A stretch of 19,332 nt of DNA from Pseudomonadota bacterium (GTDB taxonomy: Bacteria > Bdellovibrionota > FAC87 > UBA2466): the NCBI GenBank assembly GCA_043767805.1, contig JAYUGC010000002.1, forward strand, positions 1-19,332, given 5' to 3'. The notes under the pieces are model-generated. The model worked only from the letters and a program-made list of their open reading frames with translations, did no database searches and had not been told where the DNA came from. Below, in pieces: positions 1-7,043 of this stretch. Every line of letters begins with the position of its first letter. Positions within the stretch are counted from its first letter, which is position 1. Both the position numbers and the translations under genes were made by a program.

Positions 1-273
1 CCACCCCCCGGTATTATCGGGAGTCAGGATCTGTGATGGCACCACAGGTGTCATTTTCGCTTGGTATTTAGGGGGTGTCCGAATCGCTCGGTAATAACAC
101 GGCCACGCGGAACTATCCCTAGGGTCGCATAATTTAAGTTCCGTAACTCTCAGGAAAATAGGGCGGTATTACTCTTAGAGCAACCAAGCAGATTGCGCGA
201 CTTCGCTGACGCTTTTCCCCCTCACCGGGAAGCGTGCCTATCGCTCCGACCTAGTTGGCTGCTCCCGGAGAGC

Positions 274-921
274 TCAATCCGCGTAGACGTGAAGAGCGTC
301 CGTATAAGGCAACACGACCGTCGGCCCCTGCGGCGCGGGCGTCCCGAGAATCTGCCCCGGTGTCAGGCGGCCATACGCCTCCTCATTGAGAGCCGGCGCG
401 TGCGCCACGATCGTACCGTCGATGACGATGCCCGCGAAGAGTCCAACCGAGCGGCTATAGGTGAACACGTGCGCGTTCGGAATCGCACCAAGCCCCACGC
501 CGCTTCCCACCGGGCCCGCGGTCGCGGAAAGATCCGCGCCGAGCTTCACGGTCGCGTGATCGAGAATCTGTCGGCTGAAATCCGACATGAAGACGAGAAG
601 CACTTCGGAGACCTGTCCGCCGATTTGCAAACCGAAGCTCGCGCCGCCGATATTGAGAAACGACGGCGTGCTCCAGCCGTCTTTGGTGCGACAGCTCGCT
701 AGGCCAACGCTAGCCTCGCCTCCGAAGATGAAGCCCGCTTTGACGACCTTTACCGCCGCGACACATTTGGCGGCCTGAAGCACGGCTTTGGGAATGGGTT
801 GAGACGATTGCTGACGCGTCTCGAGAATCTCGACGCCCACTCGGACTCGGCGAGCGACCCGGTCAGCGGGGCTAGCGAACCCGACGGAACTGATGGTTAA
901 GAGAGCGAGAAGTAGTTTCAT
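274..921 (-). CDS. Lipid-binding SYLF (Ysc84/DUF500) domain protein with signal peptide, 215 aa
   Basis: Translation has SYLF hallmarks (IPxxVLxxAKCV, VVKAGFIFGG, GWSTPSF, GGASFGLQIGGQ, LGADLSATAGPVG, YSRSVGLFAG). Start moved to ATG 921 (MKLLLALL...), which has GGAGG just upstream and a signal peptide. Confidence 0.9.
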   Translation of the reverse strand: MKLLLALLTISSVGFASPADRVARRVRVGVEILETRQQSSQPIPKAVLQAAKCVAAVKVVKAGFIFGGEASVGLASCRTKDGWSTPSFLNIGGASFGLQIGGQVSEVLLVFMSDFSRQILDHATVKLGADLSATAGPVGSGVGLGAIPNAHVFTYSRSVGLFAGIVIDGTIVAHAPALNEEAYGRLTPGQILGTPAPQGPTVVLPYTDALHVYAD

Positions 922-956
922 GGAACCCTCCAAGGTGTGAATCAAACCTAAGGAGA

Positions 957-965
957 GTTATATCA
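957..965 (-). promoter_or_regulatory. Possible extended -10 sigma-70 element for the SYLF gene
   Basis: Minus strand reads TGA-TATAAC in the 57-bp gap upstream of ATG 921; no convincing -35. Confidence 0.3.
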
Positions 966-978
966 AGAAAGGATACCG

Positions 979-2055
979 CTACTCACCCGCGCCGCGGTGA
1001 CCTGAAGCGGGAGGAAGCGAAGGGATACCGAGGCCGTTTCTCAAATTAATCGTGCCGCCGTCTTCTCCGAAACCACCGCCGCCGTAGCCGCCTTCGAAAA
1101 CCCGGACCCGTCCTCCTTCCGTGGAAGCGGGCTCCTGGTTCGCCGCGGCCACGCCTCGGGCGTAGCTTTGGTCGAGAAACTGAGGCTCAGCTTTTTTCTT
1201 GGGCGCGGTGATGGCTCGCGCCGGAGCTTCGAGGCTCCCCAAAAGGCGATCCGAGGGCGCGACGCCATACCCATAGGAGCCGGCGCCGCCCGAGACTGGG
1301 GAATTCGTTCCAGCGAGCTGACTCGAGCCCGCGTTCATATTTCGAAGGTTCAAAATCTGGATGATGGCGTTCGGGGACACACCGCCTTGAGCCGCCATTT
1401 CGGCAAGCGCCTTCGCGCTTACACCTTGTTTTATTCCCGCGATGGCGGCCGCGAGGGCCGTGAGGTCGGTCTCTTCTTGCTTGGCTTTAATCGTGTCCGC
1501 GAGAAACGAGTTCTTCTGCTCCTTGGGTTGCTCCACTTCAATTTTGGCCGTTTTATTGTCTGCTTCCGCCTTGGCAGTATCGGCTGGTTTGGCCGTCGTG
1601 TTGGTAGCAGTCGGATTGGCCGCCGGACTCGGAGATGGAGTCGGCGGCGACGGCTGTTGACCGCCTGGGCCTCCCTGCGCCGAAGTCGGGGTGCCCGTTT
1701 CCCGTGAGGATCTCATTTCGGCATTACGAAGATATCTTTGTTGAGACTCGTTCAAGCTACTGAACAGTCCAGGCTCATCCTTCAAAATTTCATGCCGAAT
1801 TTCCGGGGGAACGCTCGCCAAAGCGGTGAAGAGAACGGCTCTATCAAGATTCTTTCTTTCTTTGGCGCTCATTCCAGTCAGCGCGGTGGTAATAGCGGTT
1901 GGCGAATTACCGGAAAGGGACTCCGTTAACTTTTTGGTTTTTTCTTCCGTCGTCGGTGTCCCAGACTCTGGACCTGTCGTAGCGGGGCTCTCCACGCCAA
2001 AGGCCGCCGCCGCGAGAAAGAGCAGAAGTAAAATTGTGCCGATGCTAGAGCGCAT
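979..2055 (-). CDS. Secreted low-complexity hypothetical protein A, 358 aa
   Basis: ATG with GGGGAG RBS; Sec signal peptide (MRSSIGTILLLLFLAAAAFG); short helical region, P/T/A-rich linker, G/A/S-rich C-terminal half; no family recognised. Confidence 0.85.
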   Translation of the reverse strand: MRSSIGTILLLLFLAAAAFGVESPATTGPESGTPTTEEKTKKLTESLSGNSPTAITTALTGMSAKERKNLDRAVLFTALASVPPEIRHEILKDEPGLFSSLNESQQRYLRNAEMRSSRETGTPTSAQGGPGGQQPSPPTPSPSPAANPTATNTTAKPADTAKAEADNKTAKIEVEQPKEQKNSFLADTIKAKQEETDLTALAAAIAGIKQGVSAKALAEMAAQGGVSPNAIIQILNLRNMNAGSSQLAGTNSPVSGGAGSYGYGVAPSDRLLGSLEAPARAITAPKKKAEPQFLDQSYARGVAAANQEPASTEGGRVRVFEGGYGGGGFGEDGGTINLRNGLGIPSLPPASGHRGAGE

Positions 2056-2093
2056 AGCTCCCCAAATGATGAATCTACCTATTCCCTCTTAAT

Positions 2094-2110
2094 TGCATAC
2101 CGCCTGCCAG
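2094..2110 (-). promoter_or_regulatory. Sigma-54 (RpoN) -24/-12 promoter for protein A
   Basis: Minus strand CTGGCAGGCGGTATGCA has exact GG-N10-GC spacing; predicted start about 2083, about 28 nt before ATG 2055. Confidence 0.75.
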
Positions 2111-2122
2111 AAACGCAGGCAC

Positions 2123-2176
2123 GGATTGAGCCTGGGAGTGAATGCCTTGGTCGGTTATCGAGGAGGATTGAGCCTG
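2123..2176. repeat. Perfect 12-bp direct repeat GGATTGAGCCTG (2123-2134, 2165-2176)
   Basis: Two identical copies with a 42-bp period in the intergenic region upstream of the sigma-54 promoter. Confidence 0.7.
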
Positions 2177-2295
2177 ATGCCGAGGTAAGAGGCGGTAAGG
2201 AGCGTGTTTTCTAGGTGTATACGGAGAGCGCATCAGCGGCTTGAGGCCCCAATCGAAACCTTAAGCCGCCGAAGGTGTTAAATCCGCGAGGCTTT

Positions 2296-2331
2296 TCGCC
2301 GGTACGTGCCTCGGTGAGGACGTACCGGCGA
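2296..2331. terminator. Strong stem-loop downstream of the 4007->2363 gene pair (non-canonical terminator or mRNA stabiliser)
   Basis: TCGCCGGTACGT-G-CCTC-GGT-GAGG-ACGTACCGGCGA: 12-bp perfect arms plus a 4-bp inner stem; no U-tract follows on either strand. Confidence 0.5.
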
Positions 2332-2362
2332 CTACCCGCGTGGCGACCCGCTTACCCCCCGG

Positions 2363-2620
2363 TTAGCGGGCGCCAGTCTCTGAAAGCCTCATGCCGATAC
2401 CGAGCTCCGTCATGGGAGCCGGAGGGCCGTAAACCTCGTTCGATTGGACGGCCACCTGCTGGGCCTCCCTAGCTTCGGACTGCACCTGGCGCTCCTCCTT
2501 GGGCTTATCCGAATTGAGGCGAGTGTCTTTCTCGCCGCCACAAGCTTGCGCCGTGGAAGCCATCGAAAGAGACGTAAAAAGAATAAGGCCGCCAAGAGAC
2601 AGGATAGATTTAAGTTTCAT
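2363..2620 (-). CDS. Small secreted hypothetical protein, 85 aa
   Basis: Inside ORF 2363..2854; likely start ATG 2620 with GAGGGGAG RBS, 25 bp after the stop of protein B; signal peptide MKLKSILSLGGLILFTSLSMASTAQA. Confidence 0.75.
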   Translation of the reverse strand: MKLKSILSLGGLILFTSLSMASTAQACGGEKDTRLNSDKPKEERQVQSEAREAQQVAVQSNEVYGPPAPMTELGIGMRLSETGAR

Positions 2621-2645
2621 GGTACTCCCCTCAAAGAAAGCAATC

Positions 2646-4007
2646 TTACTTGCTACCCTTATGCCCACCCGCCGGGGCGGAAACCGTTTCAAGCACTTGC
2701 GCCGAGCGCGGTCCGCCTCTGCTCTTCGCGACCGCGTCGGCCCGCACTTCGGCGTCGTAAATCTTTTCGTAGGTGCTTTGTTCCGTCTTGGCGGCTTGGT
2801 TATCGACGATAAAACGAGAGTTGTTGCTAGACCCACCTGCGGCGGTAATACCATAGCCCGGGGGCAGAATGGCTCTCGCTGAATTCCCCACCGAGCTCAA
2901 AAGCCGTTCCGGGGCGATAGCTCTTTGCGTGGAAGCCGAGGTCGAGCCTGCGAAAACGGTGGCCGGCCCGGCGCTTCCCCCGCTGAACGTGCCTGCGGCG
3001 GGCGCTCGAAAGATACCCGCCACCGTTTTACTAATATCTAAAACAGGCGCGTCGAATTTTGGGGACGCCACTGGAGTAGCCGATACGATAGTCTGGATGG
3101 TGCCGCCCTCCTTTTCGTCCTTACTTCCTCCGGTCAGCAATTTTAAGATTCCGTCGGCAGTCGGGGCCGATTTGGGCTCAGCCACTTTCGCGGCGACGAG
3201 CTTGTCCTTATCGCCTTTTTTGTCGCCTTCTCCACCGGCAGCGCCACCCATTCCCGTTCCGTTTGCCTGAAGCTGTTGCTGATTTTTCAGATTTTGGGCT
3301 TGCGCCTGAGCCTGAGCCTGAGCCTGTTGTTTGTCCTTCTCCGTCTGCGCTTGTTGCTGAGCCGTGCGAGCTTGTTCGTTCGCGGTTCTGGCTTGGGCCA
3401 GAGCGGTTTGCGCCCGCTCGGCCGCCGCTCCGCCTTGAAGTTCGGCGGTACGCGCGTTCAATTCCGCAGCCTTCAGTTGGGTTTCAGAGGCTTTCACTTG
3501 AAGCTCGGCGGCACGTAATTGAATTTCCGCTTGCGTTGGGGCCGCGGCCGCTGCGGCGGCTGGAGCTGGCTTTGCCGGAGGAGCCTTTCCCGACGTGCTC
3601 GCAGTCGCAGGCGTGTCCACTTGGCCAATAGCAGGAAGTTCACTCGTGAAAACGGCTAGCCCGTATTCGTTGAGCGGTCCATTGCCATTTTTTGCAAGGT
3701 CGCTGAGCCCAGTTAAGAGCCTTCCACGCGCTGCAGCCGACATTTGAATCGACTTTTCCTTTCCGTCCAAAAGCCCTTTGAGCTCTTCGAGATTCCCCTC
3801 TTGGGCCGCGACAAGCGCATTCGATAGTTTCTTCTCGGTCTTAGGATCGATTTCGTGCTCGCCACCCTCGCTCAATGTCGTATCGGCGAGATCGCTCGCC
3901 ACCTTTTTTCTCGCTTCCTTTTCATCTGTATCCTTTTCATCCGCCCAAGCATGTCCGGAGAACAAAGGCTGCAAAACGAGAATGGCAAAAAGGAAAATGC
4001 GCTTCAT
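2646..4007 (-). CDS. Secreted low-complexity/coiled-coil hypothetical protein B, 453 aa
   Basis: ATG with GAGGGGG RBS; signal peptide ending AWA; helical N-domain, Ala/Pro linker, Q/A-rich heptad segment, G/A/S-rich tail. Confidence 0.88.
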   Translation of the reverse strand: MKRIFLFAILVLQPLFSGHAWADEKDTDEKEARKKVASDLADTTLSEGGEHEIDPKTEKKLSNALVAAQEGNLEELKGLLDGKEKSIQMSAAARGRLLTGLSDLAKNGNGPLNEYGLAVFTSELPAIGQVDTPATASTSGKAPPAKPAPAAAAAAAPTQAEIQLRAAELQVKASETQLKAAELNARTAELQGGAAAERAQTALAQARTANEQARTAQQQAQTEKDKQQAQAQAQAQAQNLKNQQQLQANGTGMGGAAGGEGDKKGDKDKLVAAKVAEPKSAPTADGILKLLTGGSKDEKEGGTIQTIVSATPVASPKFDAPVLDISKTVAGIFRAPAAGTFSGGSAGPATVFAGSTSASTQRAIAPERLLSSVGNSARAILPPGYGITAAGGSSNNSRFIVDNQAAKTEQSTYEKIYDAEVRADAVAKSRGGPRSAQVLETVSAPAGGHKGSK

Positions 4008-4059
4008 AAACTACCCCCTCGGTCGGGCACCGAGTTTAAAACCCCATGCCCAGGTGCAA

Positions 4060-4076
4060 TGCATAAGCGCTGCCAG
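4060..4076 (-). promoter_or_regulatory. Sigma-54 -24/-12 promoter for protein B
   Basis: Minus strand CTGGCAGCGCTTATGCA, GG-N10-GC; predicted start about 4049, about 42 nt before ATG 4007. Confidence 0.75.
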
Positions 4077-4395
4077 GATTTTGCACCCGTAGACTCGTGC
4101 CCGTGTACTGCCCCCCGTATTCCCAAGTTTTGCTCAAGCAATTCAAGGACACCGGCGTATCCAGGCAGCTGCATTCCACGAAAGCCAACTTTTTGGACAC
4201 CTCCGCATCAGATTTCGACGCCCCTTTTTAAGTCGTTGCAGTCCCTTGGCTTTTTCCCGTCCACGGAATGGACACCAAATCCAACCCTTCACTCCCACGC
4301 TGTAAACACATGAAATCGTACGTAAAAAATAGATCGGACCGAGACGCCTGCCACAAAATCGATCACCACAATTTCAAGCCGTTTGAGGCGTTCGC

Positions 4396-4401
4396 TATAA
4401 T
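4396..4401 (+). promoter_or_regulatory. Sigma-70 -10 box, probable leaderless transcript
   Basis: Perfect TATAAT 7 nt before ATG 4409. Confidence 0.55.
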
Positions 4402-4408
4402 GAAGGGA

Positions 4409-5599
4409 ATGCTTCGCGCTTTTCTTGCCACTTCGCTCCTGCTTTCTCTTTCCGCTAGAGCCGATTCGTCTCATCTCGAATGCACGGCGGACGGGGGAAC
4501 CAAGATCGCCTTCACCGCGAAAGAGTCCGGCCGTTTCCTCGTCGCGCAAGATCAACGCTTCTCGCTGACTCAAGCTAACCTCGGTGAAACTCTTCCCCCA
4601 GGCTCGCCCAATTACTATTTCGCCCTTTCGCCCAACGGGAAAACCGCCGACATGAGAACTCTGGTGCGCACGCAGTTCTTCCAAAGCGGCGGACGCCCGT
4701 CGTTATCGGTCGATATCCTCGTCGACAACCGCCCTTTCCCGAAACTCGCGTGTCCCGTGTCGGACTACCATCTTCCCGTCGTGCCGCACACGGGATCCCC
4801 CGCGCGCTTTGCCGAGCCGCTGATCTATTGGGGAGGGAGAATCGATCGGGAAGGAAAGCTCAAAGCCCTTTCTCTTCTCGCTTTGGAAGCGAGTCTACTT
4901 CAGTTCTATCACTGGCCCGCTTCCAGCGAGCGTGGGCAAACCGATGCGTTCCTAAAACTCGCGGGACCAACGCTTTTAAAAACACCTCCCGCCGCTTTCG
5001 AGACCATTCGCCGCCGGCTGACGAAAAAAGAAAAGGACTTCGTCGATATCCTTCTCGCCGACGTCCGCTATCGGTACCACCCGGAGTCGAAACGCTATGC
5101 GGATTGGGTGGTCGAGGGCCTCGACAAAAAAGACGCCGAGCAAGTCCGAGGCGGTTTCGCCGCCTTCTTTCATTCCCCCGCGTTCAAGGCGCCCGACATG
5201 CGCACCTTTTTCAAGGGCGAGGTCGAAAAACGACTGCCGTCGATGACTCCCTACGACCTCACGGCCATGGCCCAAAATTATTCTCCCGATCAGGAAGCCT
5301 TCGTTCTGAAAATTTGGGGCGAGGCTCGCAAAGCGGACTACGCGGCGATAAAGACGGCCTTCCCCCACCTGCTGGCGATGGAAGACAACCTCTCTCCTCG
5401 ACAAACGGATTTCTCTCCTTTCGTTCTCGCCTTCTCAAAGCTGGTGCAGGCCGACGCCCTCGCCAACCCCATCGTGCGCGCGCACCTGAAAACGCATATG
5501 CTCCCCGCCGTGGACAAGCTTCCCGGAAAAGAGAAACAAAGTCTTCTAACCGCACTCGGAGACGGCGGTAACGCCGCCTTAAACTCCCTCCGAAAGTGA
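4409..5599 (+). CDS. Secreted hypothetical protein, about 396 aa (N-terminal beta-rich region with Cys pair, helical C-terminal region)
   Basis: ORF 4268..5599; signal peptide MLRAFLATSLLLSLSARA starts at ATG 4409 right after TATAAT; LEC...LAC cysteine pair; overlaps the convergent HNH gene by 21 bp. Confidence 0.75.
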   Translation: MLRAFLATSLLLSLSARADSSHLECTADGGTKIAFTAKESGRFLVAQDQRFSLTQANLGETLPPGSPNYYFALSPNGKTADMRTLVRTQFFQSGGRPSLSVDILVDNRPFPKLACPVSDYHLPVVPHTGSPARFAEPLIYWGGRIDREGKLKALSLLALEASLLQFYHWPASSERGQTDAFLKLAGPTLLKTPPAAFETIRRRLTKKEKDFVDILLADVRYRYHPESKRYADWVVEGLDKKDAEQVRGGFAAFFHSPAFKAPDMRTFFKGEVEKRLPSMTPYDLTAMAQNYSPDQEAFVLKIWGEARKADYAAIKTAFPHLLAMEDNLSPRQTDFSPFVLAFSKLVQADALANPIVRAHLKTHMLPAVDKLPGKEKQSLLTALGDGGNAALNSLRK

Positions 5600-6469
5600 C
5601 TGGTTCTTTCTAGGGCTTGCCCCGCCCTTGAACTGATTGTGACCTCGACAACGAAGCGCGAGATTTTGGATGTCCTGCGAGCTACCCCCAAGACTCCACG
5701 GAATTAGATGATCGATTTCCAAAAAGGCCGTGCTGCCACAACGCCTGCCTGACGGACTTTGATATCCGCAATTCCCCCCGTCCCTTCGCCACACCTCACG
5801 CCGGATAGATTTGGGAATGTAGCGGGTATGCTTGGTGGGGGCTCGGACCGGAATTTTTCTTTTGGGCTCTTTGGCGGGATCTGTCTTCTCTACCAGAACG
5901 CCAAACGCTTCTTTCACCAGCTCTTCAATTTTGCCGTGCGGATATTTATGCCGCAATCGATCTTGAAGCGTGCGATACATTGCCACCATTTCGTCATCGC
6001 CAGAGAAGACAAACATCGTTCGACTCTCGGTTATGGGCTTTAGGATTTCTGGCTTGGCCTTAGGCACCGGACGATTACATTCCCCGGGGAATGTTGCCGT
6101 GATTTTCTCGACGTCGAATCGTCGTTTGCCTTCCGACTGAGCCAGCAATGCCTCGCAATTTTCCTGAGTCAGATGGGGCGCCAAAAGACTCGCGTTGCTC
6201 ATAGTCAGCTTTCCCTGACGGATGAGATCTATAACATGAGGGAACTTCCTCGAGACCCGTGCCACCTGAATGCGCTTGCACGTGCTTGCCTCAGAAAGTC
6301 CAAGCGCTTTCAGACAGAACTGAAACAGCGAAGGATACCCCTCTTTAAGATGAAGCTGCCTCACCTCAACTTCGGCCAGATACTCCAGACATTCGGCATG
6401 ACCCAAACGCTCCTTTCCGATATTTGATTTAAGCTTCTCCAGCAATTCGGCGTCTTTAAGATTTTCCAT
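5579..6469 (-). CDS. HNH endonuclease with DUF222-like N-terminal helical domain, 296 aa
   Basis: C-terminal RYIPxxIRREVWRRDGGNC..RRC..LEIDH..PWSLGG..NL..RCRGHN is a Zn-binding HNH signature. The N-terminal LAEVExRxLHLxEGYPSLFxFC..LGLSE..RIQVAR matches the HNH family I recall as often multi-copy in Bdellovibrio and myxobacteria. Confidence 0.88.
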   Translation of the reverse strand: MENLKDAELLEKLKSNIGKERLGHAECLEYLAEVEVRQLHLKEGYPSLFQFCLKALGLSEASTCKRIQVARVSRKFPHVIDLIRQGKLTMSNASLLAPHLTQENCEALLAQSEGKRRFDVEKITATFPGECNRPVPKAKPEILKPITESRTMFVFSGDDEMVAMYRTLQDRLRHKYPHGKIEELVKEAFGVLVEKTDPAKEPKRKIPVRAPTKHTRYIPKSIRREVWRRDGGNCGYQSPSGRRCGSTAFLEIDHLIPWSLGGSSQDIQNLALRCRGHNQFKGGASPRKNQSLSEGV

Positions 6470-6689
6470 TCCCCACTTTTACACCCGCCCAAAATGATCC
6501 CTCCTCAAGGTCCCTATCCACGACAGCTCAGCTTCACCAAAGCAAACGTACGGGCAAGAAAAGGCCTTCCGTCAGGCAGTCGTATAGAGAGTCTGAGACA
6601 GGAAAATGAAGGGAAATCGACGTTAGGAAGACATCACGCCCAAATCACGTCTACAAAAAAATCAAAGACGCTCCCTTCCCAAATTTAGC

Positions 6690-6738
6690 CCGCCCCGGGC
6701 AAGCACCAGGATGGGCGAAGACATCCCTGCCGGGGCGG
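6690..6738. other. GC-rich stem-loop in the HNH / protein C divergent intergenic region
   Basis: CCGCCCCGG (6690-6698) pairs with CCGGGGCGG (6730-6738); inner GGATG/CATCC stem closes loop GGCGAAGA. Confidence 0.45.
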
Positions 6739-6997
6739 AACCCGACACACACGGCACTCCGCGACACGCACCCACCAAAGTATCGCGCCTCAAAACCCCG
6801 AGAAGGCACCCCCCTCCCACTTCGCCCCAAGGACCTGCCAACGAGGTGAACACCCTCACCAGGAATTCACACCTCGAAATCCACCAGACTTCGGGCACTT
6901 AGCTTCAACTCCCCCTTTTATGTAATTCCTGTATACGCCCCCCGCCTTTCTAACCCTCCGAAACCTCAAGGATCTCGCGGCTAACGGGCCGCTGATC

Positions 6998-7014
6998 CTG
7001 GCACCTTGTATGCA
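6998..7014 (+). promoter_or_regulatory. Sigma-54 -24/-12 promoter for protein C
   Basis: CTGGCACCTTGTATGCA: canonical TGGCAC -24 box and GG-N10-GC spacing; predicted start about 7025, about 19 nt before ATG 7044. Confidence 0.8.
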
Positions 7015-7043
7015 ATTTGGACCCATCAGGGAGCAGGTAAACG

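Noticed and set aside
37..53. TGGCAC as a fourth sigma-54 promoter
   Set aside because: Has GT, not GC, at the -12 position and no plus-strand gene follows.
3304..3326. GCCTGA microsatellite as a phase-variation switch
   Set aside because: The 6-bp unit keeps the frame; it only encodes a QA repeat.
4229..4241. IHF-like site TAAGTCGTTGCAG
   Set aside because: Three mismatches to YAANNNNTTGATW; too weak to call.
4750..5571. 273-aa alternate-frame ORF
   Set aside because: Arg-rich off-frame shadow inside the 4409-5599 gene.
5579..6469. HNH protein as IscB/Cas9/OMEGA nuclease
   Set aside because: No RuvC motifs, PLMP N-terminus or CRISPR array visible.
5745..6579. 12-bp inverted match CTGCCTGACGGA (5745-5756) / TCCGTCAGGCAG (6568-6579)
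   Set aside because: One copy lies inside the HNH domain coding sequence, so these cannot be element ends; a single 12-mer is compatible with chance.
6480..6997. Known riboswitch (for example c-di-GMP-I), tRNA or short ORFs in the intergenic region
   Set aside because: No recognisable consensus by eye; the short ORFs lack RBS and protein-like composition.
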